DNA of 60,362 bases, filler included, from Hausera hauseri (taxonomy: Eukaryota): assembly GCA_046269625.1 (NCBI GenBank). It is 12 parts of 12 records of this genome, joined end to end, with 100 filler letters (N's around TTAATTAATTAA, not from the genome) between each part and the next. Parts side by side here need not be neighbours in the genome. Positions count along the whole stretch, not along the records: positions 8,961 to 13,381 come from JBJURY010590556.1; positions 13,482 to 18,068 come from JBJURY010516459.1; positions 18,169 to 26,053 come from JBJURY010894286.1; 9 more parts are not named here. The stretch is one strand, 5' to 3'. Position numbers and translations under genes: made by a program. Below the pieces are notes generated by a model. The model was not told the DNA's origin, searched no databases, and saw nothing but the letters and a program-made list of their open reading frames with translations. Below, one piece after another: positions 10,413-24,100 of the stretch. Positions within the stretch are counted from its first letter, which is position 1; each line of letters begins with the position of its first letter.

Positions 10413-13381
10413 GAAATTTTCTTTATCTATTTTGGGGATTAAATATGTTCTAAATTGGCGCCATTGAGTATATCGTGAGTTGTCATTATATGGTTGAACA
10501 AGGCTAAAGGAAAGGTGAAGTAAGAGTCAAGAAGCTTCTAGTGTTTGTATTTTATACCGTCGGGTCCATGTGAAGAATCTGAGAGGTCCTGGAAGGCGTC
10601 TTTTATTTCCTCAGATGTGACAGAGCTGGAAGTAACAAGGCCAGGAATGTGAGGCATATTAATGAATGCGAAGGAGGGATTTTTGATATGCAACTCCGTT
10701 TGGGAATAGTGATTTATGATATCTTCTCTGGTGAGATACATAATAGGGTAGGCATTATCGACCAATGTGTGGAAGGTTTTTTTGGGTTTAAATTTGTAAG
10801 GGAACTGTGCGTCGAAATCAGGTGCCGGTTTGTTGTTCATTGCAGGGTGCCTGAGCCTCTTCCCTTTTGATGGATAGAGAGAAGCAACAGCTCTCTGGGC
10901 TTCGTCTAGCAGGAAGTTGGATACGTGGAGGGCCGGGATAGAAATTTAAGTTCCGCGTCTAAGGCGGGTGAATTTTAGTAAATTTAAAAGGGGTGGAGGG
11001 CTATTTTTTAAGTTTTAACTTTATTAGGTTGTCTATTTCGGATTTTAAATCTTTGAGATTGCAAGTGGGAAATACAAGACTGACACTGCTTTTGGAGGAC
11101 GAAGAATCAACAGCTGTCAAGGGTGTATTGGAGGGGACAGTCAGATGCGTCGGGCAGTGACACGAAAGCAAAGTGATGGAGGAGAGTTTTAAACTTCCGA
11201 ACGATATCATCGCCGTCAGAAAGTGAGGACTTAGTGCTAGAGTCTATAATAGATCAGAAGCGAAGGTTACGATAGGCAACCAAAAGTATCCAATGAGTCG
11301 GGTTAAAATTTATAGGCTAGATTAATATTTTACTTCATTACCATATAAATCGGCTAGGTCATTTAGGGGTTGATATAGAGCACTCCAGGAGCTTTTTCAG
11401 TACAGTGGTGACGTATGAAGAGCTCCATAGAGCTCACATACTTAGTCACTTTTTACCCAAATCTTTTTTAGAGATTGGAATGTTTTTCGCTGATGACAAC
11501 GTGTTTAGTTTGTGGAATTCAGTGATATGTTCAGCAATCGAGTTAAGGTGCATCGAGCTCTGAAAGAGCTACCATATGCCGTTCTGCTCAAATTTGACTC
11601 CTATATGACATGAAGCTGTATGATGAAGGACAGTTTTGATGTATGATGAAGAAGATGGGTCTAGGAGGATGCAGGATCTTCAGTCAGGAAGCATGCATTT
11701 TGCGCCATAAAACTTTCGACATTTTGTAATTTGTACTAGGCGGTTTAACGTAAGGCCGTTTGATGAATCATGGCCCGAGAGTTCCAAGTGAGAGGAGCTA
11801 AGTGTACCCTGGGCTCCTAAGTTAGCAAGGGTTTCACGAATGTGTATGGTGTTCATGGAAATGTAACTGAACTCACTGGTGAGACCCAGAATGTAACCAT
11901 AATAAAGGCGCCTCAGTCGTTCGTGTTTGATGGAGATTGGCGACCAAAGATGCAAAGACAGATGCAAAAGCTATCAAGAGCCCCTTTATGAAATCCTTAG
12001 CAACTAGTGGCTCAAGAACATAAGCTGCCTGAGCGTCACGGGAGATGTACCCCAGTGTCTAATGATTTGAGTGAAAGGTAGGGATAAATATATGCTTAGC
12101 AAGAGAAGCACGGTCCAGCTCATTATCAGAAAAACCGGCTAGGTCTGTGTTTGCTTCGTCAGGAGAAGGGAACAGGAAGGGCATATGATTTAAACGAAGA
12201 TATAGAGTGTCCGAATGCAGTTCCATAATTGAATTACCGAAGATGTCTATGCCAGCATCGGGAACCATGTAGGATTTTCATGAGCTGATTGGCAGGTACT
12301 GTGGCCTTTATATATACGAATAACGGAGTTGTCCAAGGTATTGGTCGTGGAGATTATTTCAGAGATGTAATTATTGTCATGTGATTCGTTATTGGATTTG
12401 TCGAGTAGATTTTTGTGGGAGTGGTGTGGAAGTATAATTAGATAAATAGGGATCATCAGAGATAAGTGGGGAAGATGACCTCTCAGTTGCAGCTGTTTGC
12501 TTCGTAAGAAGCTTAAGTGCTGTCAGCGACCCCCGAGCAGTAAGAAAGTGAAGCTTTCCATAGTAGTTCATGAAAGTTGAATATTTCTCACGGCGGCGAA
12601 AAAGACTTGATCAATGCCGATGGGTGATATGGGTTATTATCTATGATGTCTATCAGGCAGGAAACAAGGTCAAGTGTCCTGACAGTACGATTGAAGGGGG
12701 TTTTCTATAAAAGGGTTAATAGTAGTTTTCTTCTTGTTCATGAGAAAAGCTGCAATGTCGTGGGTTATAGTGATGAGTCCGCCTGCCTCAGGCAATAGTT
12801 TGATGTTAGTCGGGGCCAAGAAAACAAGTTTTCCAATGGGTTACTTGATCTTTTCTTCTGTGCAAGGGTTTTTTGCTTTATTGGTAGTATTTTAGATGCT
12901 TTGTCCGAGATGTTATGGACACCCATAAAAGCCCAGATGAACGTAAATCTAAATCCCAGATGAATTCTTCCTAATTGGATTGTTTCAAACATTCTAATGG
13001 GGAAGTGCCGCAGCGTATTTTCACTTATAAAGTGGAAGGAGATCTCAGGTTTGGAGCAAGGAACACCTGCAGCTTTCAATTCGTATATCTTTTCTATCAG
13101 CTTCCTAAAGTGAGAGAAGCAAGCATCAGAGCGAGTAGAAATTATATCAAAGTATTTGGGAGTCTTACTTTCAAGGAAGTCGATGGAATCCGAAAGGATA
13201 ACACGAGCAATACGTAGAATCGTCATTCGATTTTTTTGATCATCCGGTGTTGTTTCAAAAAACATTTATTGTTACATAGAAGGTATTTTTTATCGGAAAT
13301 CGATAGTGAGTGAGGAGTGGCATCAGGTGGTTTTTGAGATGTAGAGAAGTTGGGTTGTAGTGTGCCAGCAATCGAAATCTG
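10413..13381 (-). mobile_element. Decayed RLE-type non-LTR retrotransposon (NeSL-like) with Ulp1-like protease and start of RT, interrupted by the Polinton terminus
   Basis: Pre-RT motifs AQFPYKFKPKK and EEIKDAF...SSHGPDGIKYKH*; protease-like HIFIPTFHSNH*TLGYI (~12040-12095) and HQ/NTND*GAF (~11905-11935). Confidence 0.68.
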
Positions 13382-13999
13382 NNNNNNNNNNNNNNNNNNN
13401 NNNNNNNNNNNNNNNNNNNNNNNNNTTAATTAATTAANNNNNNNNNNNNNNNNNNNNNNNNNNNNNNNNNNNNNNNNNNNNTGCATTGTGTTTTTCTGGT
13501 TTGTTTGCATGTACATTTGTCAATATTTAGCATTAATGGAATGAATTGGTAACTTTTGTGGATATTTTCTTAATTCTGATTGACCGGTTGACTGCCAGTC
13601 GAGCATAGAACAAAGACGAAGGCCGGGGCGACAAACACGCTGTCCTAAAAGAACCGAGTAGTGAATCGTTTGTCGTGGACTGTTGCAGCGCCTGTGTTTG
13701 TGGCACCACACCTGTCGCAGTTGCAAATAATATCCACAAAATTAATTACAAATTTCTCATTAGAATAAGTGCTTCGATACATTATTCCGTATGGCTGTAA
13801 AAAATGGATGGTCGAAATCAGGGTTCTGATTATAGACTTCCGAAAAAAACATAAAATACACTTCGTTTCAAAAAATCTTTTAGAATTTTGACTAAAACTT
13901 CGTCAACCTTTCGCATTAAAATTGTATTGAATGAAAAAATAAATTAAATGTTTGTAAATTCAAAATTCGAAATTCAAAATATTTATTTATTTTGCACAT

Positions 14000-15205
14000 T
14001 TAAACATATTGTGTCATTACAAAATACTCTACAATAATAGGAAACAATAATCTTTTTTGTAATAAATCAGTATTAATTTGGCACTTGTAATCTGGAATTC
14101 CGCTGTTAATAGTTTTATAAACAAAGTTCAGATGATGATAAACACTTGTGAAAATACAACGATCGGTTTTCTTTTTGCAACGAGAAACTAAGACAGAATA
14201 TGTGTAAACTTCCAGCCGAGATACAACGTCCACCGCAGAAGAAAATGACTCTTTCCTGGATAGATTTGCCAATATTTCTGTTTATTCATGGTAATTCTTT
14301 AAAGCAAACAAAAATAGAATTTTTAATAAAGAAATCAATTTTTCTGTTTTCAGTTTGAAAACTTTTAGCATATTGTTGTAAATCTTCCTTTTTGTAAATA
14401 TAATTGAAATGAATTGATTAAAGACTAGGAAATCATATAAATCTTGATGTTCAACAAATTGTATGTCTTTTTGAAATGAAACATTTTCTACTTGCACACA
14501 AAATTTGACAAAAGTTGTGACAAATAATTGTTACCAGCGACACGAAGAAAAATTCATGAATCATCATGAGTTGATTTAAAATGATCGCTTAATTTCTGAC
14601 AGAATCGTAGATCCTCTAATTTTGTTATCAAGTTTGACACGTCAGAGATTGGTTTTTGTGGTTCGGATTTGCAAATCGAAGAATTAATATCAAATTCATG
14701 CCACGGAAGATGGTCTGAAAGTTTATTCTCATCGCTAACAGTACTGAGAGTGTTTATCAAACAGTCAATCATCTTCAGTTACTGGTGGCAAATCTTGAAA
14801 ATCATGTAGGAAGCAATGACCGGACTGATTGCCTGGAAATGATATTTCAGGATCCACATTACTACTGGAGCCCAATGCGGTACAACTAATCCCACAATTG
14901 ACATCAATTGAGCTGATAGAACTTCCAATACCAGATTCGAGAGGACAGCTGATATGAGTATTACAAGAACCGTGTAAAGCTTTGGAATGGGACCTAGAGT
15001 TACAAAAACAATTAAAGACTATATCTGATTTGATGTGTAGTCTGGAATTTAAGCTACTTCTAAATGAAGACGTGTTGATTGACTCGACACAAGGAATTTC
15101 TTCGGAATTATCATTACTTGTATCCGTTCGCCTAATAGCACAGCTTAATAAAAGTGTAGATGTGATTTTCGAGTAATCTTGCATTTTTGATGCAAATTCA
15201 AACAT
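14000..15205 (-). pseudogene. Disrupted ~400-codon ORF of unknown family
   Basis: Four consecutive minus-strand ORF pieces (14765-15205, 14554-14772, 14282-14497, 14000-14272) followed by AATAAA; no motif recognised. Confidence 0.4.
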
Positions 15206-15228
15206 CGGAAGATAAATATTAGAGGCGG

Positions 15229-15341
15229 AAGATCGGGGCCCGCCTATGGACCCGACGCGGCTGCGACGGAGGCCCGGTCGTGTTCAACCAAATTGGTCAG
15301 AGGGCGCCGGCCGTTGTGGGCATCACAACATCCTCCTCTCC
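15229..15341 (-). mobile_element. Polypurine tract plus 5' portion of an LTR; homologous to 2021-2138
   Basis: Minus strand GGAGAGGAGGA then TGTTGTGATGCCCAC...CGGGTCCATAGGCGGGCCCCGATC. Confidence 0.6.
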
Positions 15342-15355
15342 GCAATTTACCGAAA

Positions 15356-17120
15356 TTATACGGAATTTCGCCCATTCTGTACCAATTTATAGGAACTCCA
15401 TTTTCGATCTATATCTTCTTCTGCGGGTTGTTGCTGGTATACTAGTGGAGGCAATTTGATAAAAGAAGCGTCTTGGTACGTGGCTTCAATCATAAGCTTC
15501 ACTGGAAGCGTAGCAACGCGAAACTCCAATTCGTAGTAGTATAGTTTACCACTACACATGTGGAATGTACTAAATCGATATTGTCGTCCTTTGTTTACAT
15601 TCCAGGGTTGATCTGCAATTCTGTAGTATATCTCGCTTTTCGGCCAAATGAATGACGATTTCCTGATAGTATATTGCTCCATAATTTATTACACTCCTCA
15701 GTGCATAAGCATGGGCTTCAGTATCGCTTCTCATGGCATAGAGAAGAAGGATTCGATCTTCTGCGGTTGTTCCCTTTAATATATTTTAGATTTTATTTTG
15801 NNNNNNNNNNTATTTTGTTGAGGATATTGGATAAAGGTTTCAGTCTGCAATTCCACATTGATCTGCCTATAAAGGAATTTTGAATTTGGTATAAGGGCGT
15901 TCACATGCTCTTCGAGGAATTCTTCAATATCGTGTAATCTTTTCCGAATACCTTCGGCTTTTTCGATCATACTTACACTTTTAAAAATAAATAAATAAAG
16001 GTTAATCCTAAAACAATGTCGATTTGAAGTAAAACTAATTCTCTGTTTGGTGATGGAATAAAGTGCTCTGCAGTTGTCAGGTGATTGCATCATAGGTTTC
16101 CTCTTGGGATATACCTTCAATTACTGGCCTTTTTAGAACGCTTCAAATGACAGTTTCGGCAACTAAGAAAATAATCACTATTAGCATGATATTACCGGTA
16201 AACTTCTTAGTTCGTTCGGTTTTCCCGTAGTAGCCATATCTTTCGTACTAACCTCTATATAGGGTTTTACGTGTGGTTTTGCATAAATCTCACTTAATTT
16301 TCGTAGCGTATAAGTTTCATTTTTTTATTGTCTACAGAAATTTGAATTACATAATCGCATTTTGGTCGCAATAGCTTAAATTCAATTTTGTGACTGCCCT
16401 TTTGTAAAATTACTAATTGAATAGTATTTAATATACGACATTCAATTTTAATGTCATAGTTTAATTCTTCCTCCGCGAAGAGCACAATTTTATTGCGGTG
16501 TGTCAAATATTTAATAGGTATATTTTCTAATTTCCTTTCAGACATTTTATTCAAAATGACGATATTAGTAAGAGTACTCGAAAAAAGAAGCGGTTTTTGT
16601 AGTTATTTCGAAAGGAATTTTCCACATTCGAACTTTCTCTTCTGGATAAGGGGTTCTTAGGGGAGTGCTTGATTTATTAAATTGAATCTGAAAGAGTTCG
16701 AACTGTATTTTATATTTGTGACCGATCGGTAGTTAACAACATAAATTTGGTCTTTGGGGTCCGACATAACAATAATCTACTATAAGGCTTAGTTTCCTTT
16801 TCGGTACAAATTGGATGGAAATTTGTTTGTCGTTGGCTAGCGCTGTTCCGGTTTTCATCTGAATACATATATTTTTATTGTCGTTAAAAATTCGAATTAT
16901 CATGTACATCTGGGAGCACAGTAACTGTCGTATGTTTTTCTGCAAAAATCTATGGTCTATAAATTTTCACATACATAGGAAACGGCAATTTCATGTAACC
17001 ACCAATGATATTAATTAACCGAGATTTTACCTGAGATTTTACACTTTGGAGAATAAAAACGCACTGCTGTAGCGAGTAGTCCTTTGACCAGTAAGAACAG
17101 TACGCCTCCATTCTACAAAA
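15356..17120 (-). pseudogene. Decayed beta-rich extra ORF immediately upstream of the PPT (possible retroelement ORF3)
   Basis: Fragments 16733-16945, 16294-16554 (FN3-like LRPKCDYVIQIS), 15776-16120 and 15356-15682, the last ending about 15 bp before the PPT; hydrophobic VLFLLVKGLLATAV near 17060-17105. Confidence 0.35.
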
Positions 17121-19269
17121 CCACGACAATAATTACAAAATACTGATAAAACAGATGAAGGGAAACCGCAGCACTATGACACTATTTGCACATATTTCAC
17201 CATTAAAAAGATGTGTGGCGATTTTTGATACCCATATCGAAAAATTGTAGTTCCAACATCTGTAACACCAAACACCAAGTCTACTACGATTCATGGTTTC
17301 CAAATAACTCCAAACATATTCCTAAACCTAACTCTAACAATTCACGATGTTCATCTAACCCTCAATCTAACTAAAAAGTTTTTATTCAAGAAATGATGTC
17401 TCGATTTTTCTGCACCACAAAATTGAATTAAGCTTAGGAAATACAAAGTGTTACTTAAATACTTTCACAACTTTAAAATTAAATAACTTGAGAATGGAAA
17501 ATAATACATTAATGAGTAACAGCTAATTTTGAAGCCAACAAATTAGAATTTATGACCGTCAAAAATAAATTATTAATTATCTATCTGAATTATTTTATTA
17601 TTGAAAGAAATCAGAGAACAAATGAAAGGAATTTATATTTACTTTTAAACAGCAGACAACGAACCATAAACATACTAATAATAGTCTAAATTATCACACC
17701 TCCACGTGCCCAGCATTGATCGCAATACACTTTGCTAACCTCTCCTCAAAATTTGAAAAAAACATTTACCATCATGTTAGGACTTATTCTGTTGAACGCT
17801 CATGTTATTCGCTCTCTGAAATCTAGATTTCGCACTTGGGTGGCATTCCTTCGGATTTAACAAATCCCCAAAGGAAGAAATCATAAGGACTTAAATCCGT
17901 ATATCTAGCTTCCCATTTAAGATAACTCCTGTATCCAATTTATCTTTGAGGAAAAGATTGATCTAACCATTGACGAACATCTCTAACAAAGTGAGATGGT
18001 GCACCATCTTGTTGTAAGATGAAGGTATTTTCAACACCTAGCCAAACAGTTGTAGCGTGTGAAGATAANNNNNNNNNNNNNNNNNNNNNNNNNNNNNNNN
18101 NNNNNNNNNNNNTTAATTAATTAANNNNNNNNNNNNNNNNNNNNNNNNNNNNNNNNNNNNNNNNNNNNTCTTTTCGAATTTGAAAAAAATACAAAATTGT
18201 TACTATTGTTGGATTTGTTTTTCTACGACTTATAATCAACAAATTGGTGTAAGAATTTCTAAAATATTTGAATTGGATAAATTTATGAATATTTTTATGT
18301 ATTTATTACAATGCCGCAATCTTCAACAAATTTGGTAATCAAACATGTTGCAATTAAACTTTATTCAAACAAGCTGTTCACAGAAACATGTGATACGTGG
18401 GAATTTTGAGTATTTGCATCAAATAAATTTTACAACCATCAATTCTACTTACGAAAGGGTTTCTATTGTTGACAATAAGTTGATCATTTGTCAAATTGCC
18501 AAGTCCCAAAGGATAGAATTTAGACATAAAATTAAGAATGGTTCGATGGAATACGTATCTCGAACTATCGTCACAAACGTCAATGAAAACAAAAAAGGAA
18601 AATTCGGTGTATATCGATTCACCGGAAATAACGGGCAGAAATACTTCTAATCTCGTTTGTTTTGATTCACAAGTAAATAATATTATTGTGAAAGACAAGA
18701 AGACAGTCACAGAAATTATCTATATCTATTACGGACTCCGATCACCAGTAACAGCTGTCGAAATTATATTTAAAAAGAGAGATGGCAAGTCCCAAGCAGC
18801 AGGGACAATCGCGTCAAGTTCAATGATAAAAATATTTCTCGAAGATATTCGCCGAAACTCTCAACGTTTTTGTCCATTCGAGGACTTATACTTGTCAATC
18901 GAGAAATGATACTCACGTTCTCGAATGTCGCGTAACGGATCTCATGACAAATAAAGACATCTCCGGAAAGTTTACCGTTCAATGGTCGTTTAAAGATGCC
19001 ATTGGGAAAGAATTCAATGCGGCAGATTTGGCTCCAATTGTTGAAACTCAGGATAGTAAACTGAAGCTGACTAGGGTTAAACCAATTTTGTATGAAATTA
19101 CAGGCCATGCCGTTGTTAGTAATGGGATGCACAATTTCATATCTCCTTCATCTATTATCGTTGTGACTGAAAATGTAATGAAAGTACCTAAATTATATAT
19201 TTGGTGGGAACACGAAGGTCATGAAGAGTAGCCTGTCGTGATGATAGGAAAGCGAGCACAATATTAACA

Positions 19270-20520
19270 CGTATGTTTCAAGGATCAGCTCCAATTCCAA
19301 GAGTGGATAAAATCACAACCTGGTGTTTCCGAAATCATTAAAACTAAACTTTCCACCAACATTTATATTTTAACAAGGCTTTTTTAAGAACTTAAACAGG
19401 CTCGACAAATTGCGAAAGATGCTGAACAAAATAAATCGTTTTACTGGGCGGATCAGTTGTTAACGTCGGCTTACGGTCTATGGTAAGTTAATTCACCAGA
19501 TATTATTGATCATATTCTTGAAACTTCTGGTTTACGAGAACCAGGTTTAGCTGACACATTTATTCAATCAGCTGTCGAAATGTTTGGCTCTATAATGAAA
19601 TTTAACTCATCCCTTTCAGATGAAGTTTGTAGTCGTGTTTTGATCATACTAATACATCAGTTACGTCCCGCTGGTCTCAAAGTTGCCTTTTTATATGGCG
19701 TTCAACGGATAAATATTTGGCAGTAAATTATGTTGGGTATGTTATTTCGGATTTTATCAGCGTTGAAATTTACTATTTCCCCTGTCACTTTCTATTCTTA
19801 CTGCGTGCTAGCTGTTCAAGGGTTGACCATAGCTTCAATATTCCTTCTATCGTTACTTTTGAATAATTCCCTTCCATCCGGTCTGTTATCAGTTGAATTC
19901 TTCGCTCTTGGCATGGCATATCTCGAGCAACATATGCTCTAAACATACATGAAAAGTTTTCATTTCCTTTTTGGTGGCTACGGGTATTAACACTTCATGT
20001 TCTCCTTGGTTCTAAGCATACCAATTTCAATTCCCAAAATTTTACTCGATTATTGTTTTTTTTGTCAACGTCTTTATTCTGAGTACAATGGCAACTCAGT
20101 CCAATTATTATTCTCATGGAAGCCTGGTGTGTATTCTTTCTTGAAAGTTTCGAGTTTATGTATTCGGATTTGGTGCAATTTTACTACGCAACTGCTCTCG
20201 TCAGTTTCATTGGAGCTTCTTTTCTACAATTATTTAACATTATGACTACAATATCCATTCCGCTATCATTTATTATTGTTTCATTGATTTTTCGGATGTT
20301 TAAGTCACCAGAAGTGACGCAATCAAGCTTTTCCGACCACATACTAAATAACAAACCTGAACTTACTTATCATTTTGCCATGTCATTCACATGTTTGGTA
20401 CTGGCACTTATCATCGAACGAATAACACCATATATCATACTATTTTCAACTATGCTTCCTGGTGATTGTCAACACTATAAAAAGCCACTATACTTATTTG
20501 TGAAATTGGAAGTCAGGTAA
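19270..20520 (+). pseudogene. Disrupted multi-pass membrane protein, family not recognised
   Basis: Successive hydrophobic ORF pieces 19730-19942, 19997-20245 and 20116-20520 with stops and frameshifts. Confidence 0.35.
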
Positions 20521-20600
20521 GTCACTATTCAAATCTGGATGTTCTAAAAAACAATTCGCTATTAATAAAGTCCATCGAACAATTCCACACGTTCTCATTT

Positions 20601-21090
20601 ATGTGTCGTAAAATTTACGATTTCGTCAGATACAATCTTATTATCCAAGTATCAACAAATGGTTTGCCACGAGCACTAAGCATGGAAAATGGTGTTTGTA
20701 TCAGCTGGAAATCTCGTGGAATAATTGACAGTTACGCACCAATAATTGGGTTCATTGTGAACTGGACTAATCAGTACATAAACAAATTTAAAACTGTACC
20801 AATTGAACAGTGCTCGAACGTTCGATATGAACAATGTTACTTGTTCGTCAGATTTTATTTCTCAAATCAGGTCCCAGAATATGACAGGAACGGCTCCTCA
20901 AATCGAAGATACTAAATATTGTATATCGTCAATTTCCATCCCCAGATTCTAAGACAGTTTAGGATATGCCCATACAGGTACTATGTGTAATTACTTTGAA
21001 GATAAATGATCGCTATTTATAAATTTGAATAAAAATCCTACTAATATCGCTGTGATACCAGTCACCACAAAATGTAATGAACGTTTCGCA
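20601..21090 (+). pseudogene. Fibronectin type III-like fragment
   Basis: VCISWKSRG..APIIGFIVNWT and a later NPTNIAVIPVT resemble FN3 strand patterns. Confidence 0.4.
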
Positions 21091-21184
21091 GTTCATACTA
21101 ACCAATGCACACAAGAAGGACTACCCGAATTACCTTTATCAAATTATGATACATATTTACGTATCGGTATTCTATCATTTATAA

Positions 21185-24100
21185 TGCGAAAGGACGCTGG
21201 CAGCTCATATGAGTGCCACATGTCATCCCAGAGCCATGATAGCCCGGATCAAGACAGAGCTATCAAGGGAAGTGCCATCGATGATTTGGGTGAGAAATTG
21301 AGCGTGACCGCCCCGCTGCGCTACATCCCCTTTTTCTTCTTATTTTTTCCAATAATAAACATGTGTACACATTGAGGGTTGCATACAAGCATACGGCACA
21401 CATCCTTTATTCTGCATTGTCTTCCTTTTTGGGCTCCTCCGATTTTTATTGCATGCACAATGGCCTGACTCTGTTACCTTTCGACTTTCTGTCATCTTTT
21501 GCATCCGGGAAGCATTCAGTGATTCTCACTATCCATTTTCATATCCGTGATGGATCAGACCCTGACTCTTCTGCCGAAAATTTAACCAAAACCAGATCTG
21601 GTCTTCGTCCTGTCGACCCCACACCAAATACATCTCCAAATCTCCCTTGCACTGACTTTTTTCTCGACAAGACGAATTTGAGTTGTACATGGTTACAATT
21701 CCATTTGCAATGGCTTAAAGCCAATCATGTCACAGACTCATTTTTACGGGCGAACAGTTTGCTGCTACTACTTCCAGCTAATATCAAGCAGCAAATCAAC
21801 AATCTTGCTGACATACTTACTTCTTCAAGTCCGTATGTTATGCTTAATGAATCAGTTCTGCATATCACCGACCCTTCCATTGATAGCATAATTCAGAAAT
21901 ACTTTAATGAACATGCCATTGGAAATCAAAAACCAGCGGATTTCCTAAAAACTTCAATCTCTCAACTGAGCTCTTTAGGCGTCACTCATACAAACAATGC
22001 CAATCTTCTTCGTCGATACTTTCTTTTATTATTGCCAACTTCCATCAAAGTGCTGCTCACTGTAGCAGACGACTCTACGGCCCTTGAAAAGCTCGCCTTA
22101 TTGGCAGACAAAAGTTCTGATATTTTGCAATCTAATACCTCACAGCCAGTAGCCCCAGCAACCGCTCACACACCGTCACACACAGATAACACTCTATTTT
22201 CACAACAACTGCATATAATGTAGAAGCAATTCGAGACACTCCAACAGGCATTTTCTGCGATCACAGCCAAACTCAGTGACTTATCCGTGCCTCGAGGAAG
22301 CGAAAACCGTGTTTTGCGCAATCGTAGCTTTTCCAAACACTCTTCTCGGTCCACATCTCGAGATGGTAGAATAATTTGTTTCTATCACAATATATTCGAT
22401 ATAGAAGCAGGAAAGTGTGTTTTGGGCTGTCGATTTTACGATGAAAGTTATGCAGTAGACAACCCAATCTGCATCTATCACACAAAGTATCAGTCCAAGG
22501 CTAGGTCGTGTGTGCCAGCATGCAAATATTATAAAAAGAATTCTAGTTTTTCTCCATCTTCGCCTCCTCTAACTCATCATTCCTCTTCTTTTTTCCATCA
22601 ATCCTCAAAAAAGTAATAATGCCACCAGATGCCACGGCACATTCTGGTATAGGTAATATCGCTCAAACTTCTGGCTGTTTCGACACCGCCTCTGCAGTCT
22701 TCCTGTTGAAAGCTGAAATATTATTTGGAGACACCTCACACATAGACTTCCTTATCGATCCAGGAGCTGCCTTTTCACTTCTTCCTTTGTCTTTCGCTCG
22801 TACATCTAACACAGTTTTCTCTCCTCAACTCTTCACTGCCCGTGGTCAACCACTGAACATTGTAGGTATCACTAAACTGTCTTTCACATTCCCCAACCTT
22901 CCAGTAAATTCTTCTGGAAATTTCACATAGCCAACATCAGATCGTCTATAATAGGCTTCGATTTTCTGGATGCATACGATTTCTTAGTCGACTGCAAGCA
23001 TAGATGCATCCTGCGTAGCAACGCCGTTGCAAATTCCAACATGTGTTTACCAAACGACCAGTCGGACACTTTGTCTTCCTTTGTTCATTCAAATGTCAAT
23101 TTGACATGCTGCTCATCGGCTGATAACAACACGCTTAATAATTCATCAATATTTTCAATTTCATCAAGTGAGAACAAGTCAATCTTGAAACAATCGACTG
23201 AACTGAATATCATTAACAAAGTGTTCTGTGATTCTATATCGATTACAGCTACAGACTCTTCCACTAATATGCCATCATCATTCTTATCGTTGAAATCCAA
23301 TCTTAAATCCTTCATCAAAACTTTTTGCTTCCGCACTCTTAAGAAGGACATCAATTTCAAGCCGCATTCTACAACTTATCACCACATAGTCACCGAACAC
23401 CAAAGACCTATTAGACAAAAGGTAAGGCCATTATCACCTCGCAGACGAAAGGCCGTTGAAGCAGAGTTTAAAGAACTCGAAAAGGCGGGCATTATTCGAA
23501 GATTCAAATCACAATGGGCTTTACCATTGATTGTATTAACAAAGAAAGATGGCACCTACAGACCATGTGGTGACTATTGTCAGTTAAATAATCTAACTGT
23601 CATGGATAATTAACCTCTATCGCTCATAAATGACATCCTGCACAGGCTTACCAACACTAACACGTACTCCACAATTGACTTGCACCTGATGATATTCCAA
23701 AACCTGTCATTATTACTCCGTTTGGCCTCTACGAATATACTTTATGCCATTTGGTTTACGTAGTGCTTCTCAAACTTTCCAACGGCGCATTGATACCGTA
23801 CTCTCAGGCCTTGACTTCGCTCATCCATACATTGATGACATATTAGTTGCCCCTACGTCTGTCAAACAACATCAAGACCACCTTCGTATTATCTTTCAGA
23901 CTACATCACAGCAATTTGAAATTCAACTTCTGCAAGTGTTATTTCTTTCAAAAACGTGTACATTTCCTAGGTCACGTCATCACTCCTCACGGCCACTCTC
24001 CACAACCGGATCGACTACAACAATTGTAGAACATAACTCTACCAACGACTACCACGGACATGAGAAGCTTCTTAGGCACACTCCACTTTATCCACAAATA

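Noticed and set aside
15229-15341. HDV-like ribozyme in the GC-rich 100-bp unit
   Set aside because: I could not place the P1/P3/L3 nested pseudoknot or the catalytic C on either strand; PPT + TG start fits an LTR better.
18345-19231. Beta-rich ORF fragments as a named gene
   Set aside because: Probably a decayed coding region, but no diagnostic motif was recognised.
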